Positions 1-8,267 are shown, counted from the first letter of the stretch. The stretch is DNA of 47,200 nt from a virus (IMGVR_UViG_3300044500_000058:1-47200), one strand, 5' to 3'. The notes: generated from the sequence alone by a model not told the origin. A program made the numbers and translations.

Positions 1-1011
1 TCTTCCACCGGACTCACCCGGCTCGACGTCGGGGTCGTACCACTTGAACCACTCGCGCTTGAACTCCAGTCCCTCGCCCGCGGTCGGCCGCTGCTGGAAG
101 AGGGCTGACCAAGTGCGCGCCGCGCGTGGGTTGTTTTCCCACTGCGCCCAGTGCTCGAGCGGAAACCACTCCGGCCACAGGTACTCGCCAGGCTGGCGGC
201 CAAGCGGATCGTCTTCCTGTTCCGCCTTGGCCGGGATGTTGAGCACCGTCCAGTATTGCCCATCGCGACACAGGATGCGGCCCGACTGCCCGGCGTAGTT
301 CTCCGGCAGCAGGCGCCCCGACACGTCGTCCTCGTTCCAGCGGGTCTGGATGATGATGGTCCACCCGCCCGGCAGCAGGCGGGTGGTGGCCGAGTCGAGG
401 TACTCGTCCCAGGTCTTGTCGCGAATCACCGGCGAGTCCGCCGCCTCGCGCCCGGCCACCGGGTCGTCGAGCAGGATGCCGTTCGCCCGGTTGCCGGTGA
501 TGCCGGCCGTGATGCCGAAAGCCATGAACTCCGAGTTGTTGCTGAGCGCCCACTGCGGCACAGCCTTCTGGTCGGCGGCCAAGATCGGCCGATCCTTCCA
601 GATGCTGACGTGCTTCGCCTCGCGGCACAGCGCGCGGGCCTTGCGCGATTGTTTCCAGGCGATGTTGGCCGCGTAGCTGGCGAGGATGATCCGGTACCCC
701 GGGTTCTTCGCCAGCAGATAGGCCGGGGTGACGACGCTCGCGTAGGACGACTTGGCCGAGCCCGGCGGGGCGAAGATCATCAGGCGCCCGCGCGGAGTGA
801 GTGTGCACTGCTCGATCGCCTCCAGGATCAGGCGATGGTGCAGCGCAAGAGAAGTCTCCACCGTCTTGAACTGCTCGGTCTCCGGGTCGGGGTTGACCGG
901 CGCACCGGGAATATCGACCGAGCGGGCGTACTCCACCAGGCTCGAGCGCGCCCGCTGCCGGCGCAGCAGCTCGAGCGCCGCCTGCTGACGGGTCAGGCCC
1001 GCGTCAGTCAC
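1..1011 (-). CDS. terL: Terminase large subunit, N-terminal ATPase part (partial; runs off the left edge)
   Basis: Not in the ORF track because there is no stop in the window. Hand translation from GTG 1011 gives MTDAGLTRQQAALELLRRQRAR...LMIFAPPGSAKS (Walker A)...GITGNRANGILLDDP (Walker B)...IIIQTRW...LWPEWF...ALFQQRP, typical TerL motifs. Confidence 0.93.
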   Translation of the reverse strand, partial: MTDAGLTRQQAALELLRRQRARSSLVEYARSVDIPGAPVNPDPETEQFKTVETSLALHHRLILEAIEQCTLTPRGRLMIFAPPGSAKSSYASVVTPAYLLAKNPGYRIILASYAANIAWKQSRKARALCREAKHVSIWKDRPILAADQKAVPQWALSNNSEFMAFGITAGITGNRANGILLDDPVAGREAADSPVIRDKTWDEYLDSATTRLLPGGWTIIIQTRWNEDDVSGRLLPENYAGQSGRILCRDGQYWTVLNIPAKAEQEDDPLGRQPGEYLWPEWFPLEHWAQWENNPRAARTWSALFQQRPTAGEGLEFKREWFKWYDPDVEPGESGGR

Positions 1012-1017
1012 CGTCGC

Positions 1018-1125
1018 TTACCCCCAAATGCTGAATGCACATTCGATGCCGAAAAGTGCAAAAGCCAACAAAGCGCCGCTCATCAGGCACCAAAGGATGA
1101 ACCATTCGTCGGGTTCGTCTTCCAT
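1018..1125 (-). CDS. 35-aa hydrophobic micro-protein
   Basis: MEDEPDEWFILWCLMSGALLAFALFGIECAFSIWG fills the gap between the upstream ORF and terL and has one TM-like stretch. Confidence 0.4.
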   Translation of the reverse strand: MEDEPDEWFILWCLMSGALLAFALFGIECAFSIWG

Positions 1126-1134
1126 TTCGCCGCT

Positions 1135-1626
1135 CTATTCCCAAGGTTCGAGGCCATTTTTAGTCTGCGCCCCGGGGGATGTCAAATTGCGGGTCCTCTT
1201 TTGGGTCCTTTTTCGCGGTGGGCCCCGGGGGGTAGGCGAATCGACGGGACTCTTTTTGGGTCCCCTATTCAGAAAGGCCGCCGGCACCCGGCCGAGGTCG
1301 TCCATTACGACCCCGGATAGTCGGCTGTCGGCGGCCTGTAAATCGCTACCAGCGGTGGGCCCTTCGCTTGTTCCACGTGGAACCTCACGAGCGTCAGATG
1401 GTACCGAAAAATTGCCGGGGGCCGCGGGTCCCTCGCGCGGGGGGTACTCCCCCCTGGCGATTCGCAACAGCTCCGCGTCGTCCGCCGCGAGCGCATCGCC
1501 GCTCGCCCCTGGCGCATTGCCATGCGCCAACAGCAATTGCGCGGCGCGCACCCGGTCGGCGGGGGTTGCCTGCGCGTCGTGCAGGGTATTGCGCAGTACG
1601 GCTCGAGCTAATTGTTCATCGTCCAT
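1135..1626 (-). CDS. Hypothetical protein, candidate terminase small subunit
   Basis: GGAGG SD before ATG 1626. First gene of the leftward operon, just upstream of terL. Helical N-half and disordered basic C-half. Function assigned by position only. Confidence 0.5.
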   Translation of the reverse strand: MDDEQLARAVLRNTLHDAQATPADRVRAAQLLLAHGNAPGASGDALAADDAELLRIARGEYPPREGPAAPGNFSVPSDAREVPRGTSEGPTAGSDLQAADSRLSGVVMDDLGRVPAAFLNRGPKKSPVDSPTPRGPPRKRTQKRTRNLTSPGAQTKNGLEPWE

Positions 1627-1686
1627 TGTCGTCCTCCATATTCCAGGTCGGCGGCAGCGTAGCAGAGCAAAAAGCGAATTACGAAG

Positions 1687-1917
1687 GGTAAGGTAATTAA
1701 AACCGATTTTCCCTTACCGACTTACCGTCCTTACCCTCTTTGCCATTGAGCATATATATACTATATATACTGTATGTATATACAGTATATTTATGCATAT
1801 ACACACTACATCACTACTATATATAAAGGTAAGTAGAGTAAGGAATGCGCCGTTTGCCTTGCGCCCCGGGCCTTTTGCTACCTTACCGGAAACCTTACCT
1901 GATGCCATTACCTTACC
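1687..1917. repeat. AT-rich region with inverted CTTACC/GGTAAG iterons; candidate replication origin or packaging site
   Basis: GGTAAG at 1687 and 1828; CTTACC at 1713, 1721, 1730, 1882, 1894 and 1912. These flank a TATATA-rich core containing an 11-bp inverted repeat (1765-1775/1780-1790). Confidence 0.6.
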
Positions 1918-1920
1918 AAG

Positions 1921-1975
1921 TGACAAAAATTGTCACTTTCTGACACGAATTGTCAGCAACTGACACGAATAGTCA
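1921..1975. promoter_or_regulatory. Three palindromic sites TGACA-N5-TGTCA at exact 20-bp period (putative enhancer/operator)
   Basis: tgacaaaaattgtca 1921-1935, tgacacgaattgtca 1941-1955, tgacacgaatagtca 1961-1975. Confidence 0.75.
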
Positions 1976-2001
1976 CCTTGTTTTGCGTCGCACCCTATAC
2001 G

Positions 2002-2014
2002 AATCAATGACTTA
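2002..2014 (+). promoter_or_regulatory. IHF binding site
   Basis: AATCAATGACTTA is an exact match to the IHF consensus WATCAANNNNTTR. Confidence 0.7.
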
Positions 2015-2018
2015 GTTG

Positions 2019-2035
2019 TTGGCACGGCTCATGCA
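2019..2035 (+). promoter_or_regulatory. Sigma54 (RpoN) -24/-12 promoter for the early operon
   Basis: TTGGCACGGCTCATGCA has GG (2021-22)-N10-GC (2033-34) and one mismatch to YTGGCACGnnnnTTGCW. Predicted +1 is near 2046, followed by a GGAG SD and ATG 2077. Confidence 0.75.
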
Positions 2036-2076
2036 TTGTTCTAAGTGACCGAACCACAACCCACCGGAGCCCTGCC

Positions 2077-2181
2077 ATGATCCGCCTCACTCTCTTTGCA
2101 GCCGCATGGGCCTTGTCCGCCTTGCTGGCCATCCAGTTCATCACCAACTTCGCCCGATCGCTAATGGGGGGTGTCCTGTGA
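2077..2181 (+). CDS. 34-aa membrane micro-protein, first early gene
   Basis: GGAG SD; MIRLTLFAAAWALSALLAIQFITNFARSLMGGVL; GTGA overlap with the next ORF. Confidence 0.6.
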   Translation: MIRLTLFAAAWALSALLAIQFITNFARSLMGGVL

Positions 2182-2333
2182 CCTACTCACCGCGCTATGT
2201 CGTCCTGTGGCGAGGCCGGCGCTCGCGTCGCTACCTGATGCACGCTGCATTGCGTCTCGCTAATCGGATGCGTGCGCGGGGTCATACCGTGACGGTCGTT
2301 CGCAGTCTCCTGGAGAGGGTAATCAGCCGCTGA
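2178..2333 (+). CDS. Small basic hypothetical protein
   Basis: GTG start coupled to the previous stop; Arg-rich, 51 aa. Confidence 0.5.
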   Translation: MTYSPRYVVLWRGRRSRRYLMHAALRLANRMRARGHTVTVVRSLLERVISR

Positions 2334-2401
2334 CGCTTGCACCCTGTCGCCTTGAGGCGGCAGGCTGGAATCGTTAACCACTGGCACGAGGGATTGCAGA
2401 C

Positions 2402-2917
2402 ATGACCGCCACGAAAGATGAAATTATCAGCTTGTTGCACGCATTCATGGAACAACGTCCGGGCATGGAGTTCGCCAACTATGGCGACGTGCGCAGCTAC
2501 CGGAGCGAGTCGCGCAGCATTACGCGCGACCTGCACGACGCGAGGACGCTACTGCGTGCAGTCAGTTGGCGCGAGAGCATTACCGCGGAGAACTTGGCCG
2601 CAGCGTTCCGCGCGTTCTCCGGCCGCCTCACCTTGACCGAGCGTAAGGGCCGGCCCGCGCTCGATTACTGCACGGGTCAATACTTCCCGACCGAGTACCG
2701 CAAGGCAGTGTGCGCCGTGCTCGCGTCTGCGCTGTGGGACTACTACCGCGATGAGTGCATGCCGGCGCCAATCGGCACGATGCAGTCGCGAGGGTACGAA
2801 ACGGAAGCGTACCCAACGCCCGGCAAGCGCGGCGAAGTTTGCAGCGCAGGCGATTGGCTGCGCACCACGTTCAAGTGTGAATTTGGCGCCCACCTGGCGC
2901 GCCGCTACTTCGACTAA
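2402..2917 (+). CDS. Hypothetical early protein (171 aa)
   Basis: GAGG SD and protein-like composition (YCTGQYFPTEYR segment). Confidence 0.75.
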   Translation: MTATKDEIISLLHAFMEQRPGMEFANYGDVRSYRSESRSITRDLHDARTLLRAVSWRESITAENLAAAFRAFSGRLTLTERKGRPALDYCTGQYFPTEYRKAVCAVLASALWDYYRDECMPAPIGTMQSRGYETEAYPTPGKRGEVCSAGDWLRTTFKCEFGAHLARRYFD

Positions 2918-2927
2918 GGGGAAGCAC

Positions 2928-3038
2928 ATGAAACACAAAGACCACGAGCCCCGCGAGCACCGTCACGACCATCGGCGCGACTACCGTCAGGCGCGAGCGT
3001 TGAAGCGTTGCGCCACGGGCAAGAGGGTAAGAGCATGA
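2928..3038 (+). CDS. Small basic hypothetical protein
   Basis: AAGGGG SD, ATG 2928, 36 aa. Confidence 0.45.
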   Translation: MKHKDHEPREHRHDHRRDYRQARALKRCATGKRVRA

Positions 3039-3096
3039 CCACGTTAAACGACTGCGGCCATGAGGGCGCCTACGGTACGGATAAGGCGACCACGCC

Positions 3097-3288
3097 ATGA
3101 GAACCTTCCTCGTTACCCTGGCCGCCTTGCTGGTCGCATTCGCCGCGCTCTATGTGAGCGGACGCCATGCGCTCGAAAGAGTCGAACGGGCTCAAGCTCT
3201 GGCGTGCGCGCGATCGAGTGACGGCGCAGATCAGTCGATTGCCGACTGTTACACGTCGCGCGGCCTGGCCGTGCCGGAGGACTTATGA
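3097..3288 (+). CDS. Small membrane-anchored or secreted protein
   Basis: N-terminal hydrophobic helix, two Cys, ATGA-coupled at both ends. Confidence 0.6.
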   Translation: MRTFLVTLAALLVAFAALYVSGRHALERVERAQALACARSSDGADQSIADCYTSRGLAVPEDL

Positions 3289-3458
3289 GCCACCACGCTT
3301 CGACGGCCGGGCGCCCGTGGCCTGCCATCAACCTGTCGGCTTTGCTCGATGCCTTGCTGCGCTCAGGCTACAGCCGATCGGAAGCCGTGCGCATCATGGC
3401 GGAACGCTACGGGCGCACGCAACGTGCGATCAATCGCAAACTGAGGGAAACACCATGA
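3285..3458 (+). CDS. 57-aa helix-turn-helix-like protein
   Basis: Below the ORF-track cutoff. GGAGG SD; ...RPWPAINLSALLDALLRSGYSRSEAVRIMAERYGRTQRAINRKLRETP resembles a Myb/GcrA-type HTH; ATGA overlaps on both sides. Confidence 0.6.
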   Translation: MSHHASTAGRPWPAINLSALLDALLRSGYSRSEAVRIMAERYGRTQRAINRKLRETP

Positions 3459-3844
3459 GCGACGAACAATTCGAGTTGCAGTTTTTCGATGGGAAAAAGT
3501 ATCAAACCAAGTTCACGGGCACGCTGGCTGGTGTGCAAAAGGTGTTTAGCATGACGCGCAAGGGTTGGCGCATTGTGAAGTCCAGCAAGGCGCGGCCGCT
3601 TAAGCCGGTGTATCGCAGGCCGCGTGCTGGTCGTGCAACGCTCACCAGGTATAACGCAGGCGCTGCACGGGGTGAGTACCTCGCATGGGCGAAGGCCAAA
3701 GGGCTCAAGAGCATAGCCGTGTACGAGGGCGTGCGGATTGCCTATAACGGCCCGAAGCCGACACACTGGCAGGGGATCGAGTTGCGCTACGTCAACGCGT
3801 CGGACTTCCTCGGCGACGCGCCCGCAGCAGAGTCCGATGATTGA
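3455..3844 (+). CDS. Hypothetical protein (129 aa)
   Basis: GAGGG SD before ATG 3455 (MSDEQFELQFF...). Confidence 0.65.
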   Translation: MSDEQFELQFFDGKKYQTKFTGTLAGVQKVFSMTRKGWRIVKSSKARPLKPVYRRPRAGRATLTRYNAGAARGEYLAWAKAKGLKSIAVYEGVRIAYNGPKPTHWQGIELRYVNASDFLGDAPAAESDD

Positions 3845-4067
3845 CGGCAATGCCCTGTTGCGCATCCGCGATGCCGCGGCGCGCCTGGGGCATGTCCTCG
3901 GACCGTTTGCCGTGACGGTGCCGCCGCATGCCAGCGCAGAATGCACGCGCCTGGGCTGCAACCTGGGGTGTACTGTGGATTTATCCAGCTACCCCACGGC
4001 CGCGGGCGCGGTCCTTACCTATGCTTGCCCGGCGCGCCGCGTCGTGGCAGAGTCTGCAACCTCATGA
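3837..4067 (+). CDS. Small Cys/His-containing hypothetical protein
   Basis: MIDGNALL...GH...CTRLGC...C; possible Zn binder. Confidence 0.55.
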   Translation: MIDGNALLRIRDAAARLGHVLGPFAVTVPPHASAECTRLGCNLGCTVDLSSYPTAAGAVLTYACPARRVVAESATS

Positions 4068-4081
4068 GGGGAGAGAACAAT

Positions 4082-4186
4082 ATGAAAATCGTTCTGGCGA
4101 TTCTGGGATTCGTGGTAGCCGCCGTGTTGCTATTTCGATTGCTGGTCAACATCGGGCTCGCGATGAGTTCGAGGCCCTGGCAGTGA
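4082..4186 (+). CDS. 34-aa membrane micro-protein
   Basis: GGAG SD; MKIVLAILGFVVAAVLLFRLLVNIGLAMSSRPWQ. Confidence 0.55.
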   Translation: MKIVLAILGFVVAAVLLFRLLVNIGLAMSSRPWQ

Positions 4187-4338
4187 GCCTCATCCCGTTG
4201 CAACTACACTCGCGCGTGGTGCTCAATCGTGACGAGCCCCCTGCCCTGCGCTTCGCGCGCGTACGGGCCTACATGCGGCACATGCACCGCTTCCAATTCC
4301 ACCGCGATCAAAAACAAGACCGGCTACCGAAGCGGTAA
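4183..4338 (+). CDS. Small hypothetical protein
   Basis: GTGA overlap with the previous gene; ends 3 nt before the primase start. Confidence 0.4.
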   Translation: MSLIPLQLHSRVVLNRDEPPALRFARVRAYMRHMHRFQFHRDQKQDRLPKR

Positions 4339-4341
4339 TTC

Positions 4342-6468
4342 GTGACACAAGAAGGCAGGACAATCCTCGCGGACTACACGCGCGCCGGCTGGGCGCTGGT
4401 CCCCATCCCGCATGGCAGCAAGGGACCGCGCACCGCGAACTGGAACAGTCGTGAGATGTGCATCGCGGACCCGGCCATTGCCGAGTGGATAGAAGGCAAT
4501 GTCGGACTCGCGCATGCGTACAGCGGAACGTGCGCCATTGATATCGACGACATGGCGAAGGCGACGGTGTGGCTCGCGGAGCGCAAGATCGACCTGCATG
4601 CACTCTTGAATGCGCCCGATGCCGTGCGCATTGAATCCCGCCCCGGGCGCGCGAAGCTATTGTATCGGCTGCCTAAACCGCTGCCGTCGTTCAACCTGGG
4701 CGGGCTGGAGTTGCGCTGCGCCGCGAGCAATGGGCGCACGGTGCAGGACGTACTACCCCCCAGCGTTCACCCTGAGACGCGTGAGCCGTATGCCTGGGCG
4801 GGTGCCGACTGGCGCAAGCTGCCGCCCTTGCCCGGCGACCTTGAGAGCCTGTGGCGCTCGTTGATCCCCGCCACGCGCCCGAAGCCCGCGCACCCGAACA
4901 AGGCCAACGACACCACACGCAAGGATTCGCCACGGCTGCGCGCCATGTTGGAACGGCACAGTCCGGACGCCAGCTATCCCGATTGGGTTGCGGTCGGCAT
5001 GTCCCTGCACCACGAGACACAAGGCAGCGACGCGGGCCTCGCCTTGTGGAACGAATGGAGCGCGAAGGGCGCGAAGTACAAAGGCATTGGCGACCTCGAA
5101 ACGCACTGGCGCTCATTCCGCATGGATCACGTGCAACCGCGCACGCTGGCGTCCCTGCGTACGGAATCCGCAGCCGAGGCGCATGACTTCCCTGACCTGT
5201 CGCTGACGCCTGTCACCGAGCGCACGGTGCCGGCCGGATTGACCGGCCCGATGCGCGCGCAGCCCGATACGCACGCACGCGACCTGGCGCTGGAAAGCGC
5301 CCGCAGCGTGCGACGCACTAAGGCGGGTACGATCGAGGCGCGTGTCAGTAACGTGGTGGCGGTCCTCGGCGTGGAGGAAGTCTCGCGCTACGAGATCGCG
5401 CGTGACACCTTTCAAGACGCCATCATGGTCACGCCGAAGCACAGTACCGCTTGGCGTCCGCTGACGGAGACCGACTACACCACAATGCGCGTGACGCTCG
5501 AAACCAGCGGCAACTGCGAGCCGATCCCGGCGGCGATGATGCGCGATGCGGTCAAGCTCGTCGCCGAAAGGAACAAGATGGACACCGCGCAAATCTGGCT
5601 GGGGTCGCTGCAATGGGACGGCATCGAGCGCATCGAACGATTCTGCCATACGCACTTCGGCACGCGCGACGAGCCGTACACCCGTGCGGTGGGGGTGTAT
5701 CTGTGGACCGCACTCGCTGGCCGGGTCATGGCGCCCGGCTGCCAGGCGGACATGGTGCCGGTGCTGATCGGCAAGCAAGGCGTCGGCAAGTCGCGCGGGG
5801 TGCAAGCCTTGGTGCCGAGCCCGGAGCATTATGTCGAGTTGCGTCTGGATGAGCCCGACGATGCGATTGCGCGCAAGTGCCGGGCCGTGCTGGTCGCGGA
5901 ACTCGCGGAAATGCGCGGGCTGCGCGCGGCCGACATCGAGCGCGTCAAGTCGTTCATCACCCGCACGCAGGAACGCTGGGTGCCGAAATATGAGGAATTC
6001 GCGACCAATTACGCGCGGCGCTTCCTGATCATCGGCACGACCAACGATGAAGAATTCCTGCCCACCGATCTCGAAAATCGCCGCTGGCTGCCGATGCACG
6101 TCAAGCGGGTCAACGTCAACGCCATTCGCGACGATCGTGAGCAGTTATGGGCGGAAGCGCTAATTCGCTACACGGTCGAGGGTATCTACTGGGAAGGCAT
6201 GGACCAGCTTGCAGTCGATGCGCGCGCCGCCGCGAGCGGCGAGGACGCCTGGGAAGACGCCATTGTGTTGTGGCTCAAGGAAGGCACGCCGACCCTGCTC
6301 AAGATGCAGGACATTCTGTCGAATGCGGTCGGGCTCGATTCGCGCACGGTCAAGCGTAGTGACGAATTGCGGGTCGCGCGGATTCTGCGCGGCCTGGGAT
6401 ACGAGCGGCAAACGAAATGGTTCGAAGGCCGCACGCAGAAAGTGTGGGCGCTTGAAAAGGCCCTGTAA
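4342..6468 (+). CDS. Primase-helicase: Prim-Pol domain, PriCT-2 and VirE-like SF3 helicase
   Basis: GWALVPI..GSKGP, AIDID, VLPPSVHP (prim-pol); YPDWVAVGMSLH..LWNEWS (PriCT-2); LIGKQGVGKS Walker A, ELAEM, IIGTTNDEEFL..ENRRWLP (VirE). Confidence 0.92.
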   Translation: MTQEGRTILADYTRAGWALVPIPHGSKGPRTANWNSREMCIADPAIAEWIEGNVGLAHAYSGTCAIDIDDMAKATVWLAERKIDLHALLNAPDAVRIESRPGRAKLLYRLPKPLPSFNLGGLELRCAASNGRTVQDVLPPSVHPETREPYAWAGADWRKLPPLPGDLESLWRSLIPATRPKPAHPNKANDTTRKDSPRLRAMLERHSPDASYPDWVAVGMSLHHETQGSDAGLALWNEWSAKGAKYKGIGDLETHWRSFRMDHVQPRTLASLRTESAAEAHDFPDLSLTPVTERTVPAGLTGPMRAQPDTHARDLALESARSVRRTKAGTIEARVSNVVAVLGVEEVSRYEIARDTFQDAIMVTPKHSTAWRPLTETDYTTMRVTLETSGNCEPIPAAMMRDAVKLVAERNKMDTAQIWLGSLQWDGIERIERFCHTHFGTRDEPYTRAVGVYLWTALAGRVMAPGCQADMVPVLIGKQGVGKSRGVQALVPSPEHYVELRLDEPDDAIARKCRAVLVAELAEMRGLRAADIERVKSFITRTQERWVPKYEEFATNYARRFLIIGTTNDEEFLPTDLENRRWLPMHVKRVNVNAIRDDREQLWAEALIRYTVEGIYWEGMDQLAVDARAAASGEDAWEDAIVLWLKEGTPTLLKMQDILSNAVGLDSRTVKRSDELRVARILRGLGYERQTKWFEGRTQKVWALEKAL

Positions 6469-6479
6469 TTCGTGATACT
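6452..6479 (+). promoter_or_regulatory. Possible sigma70-type promoter for the replication operon
   Basis: TTGAAA-N16-GATACT upstream of an AGGAGG SD and ATG 6514. Confidence 0.35.
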
Positions 6480-6513
6480 AATTGCCACCAGGAGCCCACA
6501 GGAGGGTAACTAA

Positions 6514-6984
6514 ATGTCAGCCACCATCCGTTTGAATTTCGAAGCCGATTCGGCCGAGGAACTGGCCCGCGTGTTGCGTCGCTTTACGGAAGCCATGAAC
6601 TCCGTGCCTGTGTCCGACTCCGTTCTTCTCGGTGATGAGCACGATATCGCCATCATCCAGAGTCTGCCCGCGAAGCCGCGCGGCCGCCCGAAGAAAGTCG
6701 AATCCCCCGAACCCGTTGAGCCGGTCGCCTCCCCCGCGCCGGCTGCGGTAGAGGTCGCAGCGCCGGCACCGGTTTCGGTGGTTGCCGAGGCCGGCGCTGC
6801 GGCATCGCCGACCGTGACCAAGGCTGAGGTGCAGGCGGCCCTGATCGAAGTGGTCAAGGGCATCGGTCGTGAAGCGTGCGTCACGCTGTGCGAGAAGTAC
6901 GGCGCGAAGAACCTCTCGGCGATCGACCCGTCGCACTACGCGAGCCTGCTGGCCGACGCGCGGGCTGCACTCGAGACCGTTTGA
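6514..6984 (+). CDS. Hypothetical protein of the DUF2800/DUF2815/PolA module
   Basis: Ala/Pro linker and C-terminal KYGAKNLSAIDPSHY helical domain, typical of the gene preceding DUF2800. Confidence 0.75.
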   Translation: MSATIRLNFEADSAEELARVLRRFTEAMNSVPVSDSVLLGDEHDIAIIQSLPAKPRGRPKKVESPEPVEPVASPAPAAVEVAAPAPVSVVAEAGAAASPTVTKAEVQAALIEVVKGIGREACVTLCEKYGAKNLSAIDPSHYASLLADARAALETV

Positions 6985-8267
6985 ACACCGTCAGCCAGGC
7001 GCCTGCGTCGACGGACGCAGGGTGGCACGCTCAGTTCTCTCCGTCTGCCGCCGATCGCTGGATCCCTTGCCCGGGGTCGATCGCCGCATCACGCGGCGTC
7101 GAGAAAACCTCCAACAAGTTCGCCGACGAAGGCACGGCCGCGCATACGCTGGCGAGTCGCTGCTTCGACTATGGTAAGCCGGCCGCGTTCTGGATCGGCG
7201 AGACCATCGAGGTCGGCGGGGTGCAGTGGCCCGTCACCGAGGACATGGCGGATTACGTCCAGCAGTACGTGGATGACGTCAACAGCCGTGTCTGTGGCGG
7301 CACGCGCCTGCACGAGCAGCGCGTGTACTTTTCCGAGAGCATCGGGGTGCCGGATCAAGGCGGCACCTCGGATGCCATTATCCTGTCGGCGGACTGCAAA
7401 CGGCTGATCGTCGAGGACTTGAAGTTTGGCCTCGGCGTGCAGGTGGACGCCGAAGAGAACGCGCAAATGATGACCTATGCCATCGGTGTGCTCGAGACGT
7501 TCTCGGTGGTGATGGACATGGACTCGGTTGAAGAGGTGACGCTCGTCATCCATCAGCCGCGGCTCGATCATGTCAGCGAGTGGACTTGCAGCATCGACCG
7601 GCTGCACCAGCATGCGGCGACTATCCGCGAGGCAGCCGAGATTGCGCTCAGCGCCTGTAGTGATGCAGACAACGGCATTCCGTTGTCTGATGCGTACTTC
7701 AAGGTGACGGAGAAGGGCTGCCGCTGGTGCCCGGTCAAGGCGACCTGCGACCACTATCGGCGCCACGTCAGCGCGCTGGTGTTCGACGACTTTGAGACGC
7801 TGGACAGTCCCGACGTGCTACAGGTGATGGGCGCGCCGCAGGTGCCCGTGGGCCCGGCGCTCGGTCAACTGTATGGCGTACTCGACATGATCGAGGACTG
7901 GTGCCGCGGGGTGCGCGGCGAGGTCGAGCGGCTGGTGCTGGCCGGCATGGACGTCATTGGGCCCGACGGGGCGCGTATGAAGCTGGTCGAGGGCAAGAAA
8001 GGCCGGCGCTACTGGACCGACAAGGAGCAGGCTAAAGCCTTCTTGCTCGGCATCCTGTCGCGTGAGGAGTATATCATCGAAGAGGTCATCACGCCGGCCG
8101 TCGCTGAGAAGAAGGTCAAGAAGAAAGCGAGCAAGGCGCAGTGGGCCGACATCCAGGCGGCCGTCGTCAAGCAGGCCCCGGGCAAGGCGCACGTCGTACT
8201 TGGCTCGGATCCGCGCCCGCCGTACTCGCCGGAGGCGGGGGCGAGCGAGTTCGAGGACCTGGAATGA
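6981..8267 (+). CDS. DUF2800 family PD-(D/E)xK (Cas4-like) exonuclease
   Basis: HAQFSPSAADRWIPCPGS, EGTAAH, GGTSDA, DLKFG, QMMTYAIG, IHQPR, CRWCPVKATC; TTG start coupled to the previous stop. Confidence 0.9.
   Translation: MNTVSQAPASTDAGWHAQFSPSAADRWIPCPGSIAASRGVEKTSNKFADEGTAAHTLASRCFDYGKPAAFWIGETIEVGGVQWPVTEDMADYVQQYVDDVNSRVCGGTRLHEQRVYFSESIGVPDQGGTSDAIILSADCKRLIVEDLKFGLGVQVDAEENAQMMTYAIGVLETFSVVMDMDSVEEVTLVIHQPRLDHVSEWTCSIDRLHQHAATIREAAEIALSACSDADNGIPLSDAYFKVTEKGCRWCPVKATCDHYRRHVSALVFDDFETLDSPDVLQVMGAPQVPVGPALGQLYGVLDMIEDWCRGVRGEVERLVLAGMDVIGPDGARMKLVEGKKGRRYWTDKEQAKAFLLGILSREEYIIEEVITPAVAEKKVKKKASKAQWADIQAAVVKQAPGKAHVVLGSDPRPPYSPEAGASEFEDLE

Noticed and set aside
151-1320. Long + strand ORF (389 aa) and similar antisense ORFs (e.g. 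5113-6099, 38466-39800, 39812-41113, 41332-42408)
   Set aside because: These are shadow frames of GC-rich genes on the opposite strand, with Arg/Gly-biased composition and no motifs.
1714-1926. 70-aa ORF across the AT-rich region
   Set aside because: It merely translates the iterons and TA repeats and has no SD; the region is better explained as non-coding.
2343-2364. Hairpin CCTGTCGCC-TTGA-GGCGGCAGG as a terminator
   Set aside because: No U-tract; at most a processing or stability stem.
2381-2398. Second sigma54-like box CTGGCACGAGGGATTGCA
   Set aside because: Spacing is GG-N11-GC rather than the strict N10, and it overlaps the SD of the 2402 gene, leaving no room for a leader.
6981-8267. 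Cas4-like nuclease as evidence of CRISPR
   Set aside because: DUF2800 is a standard member of this phage replication module.
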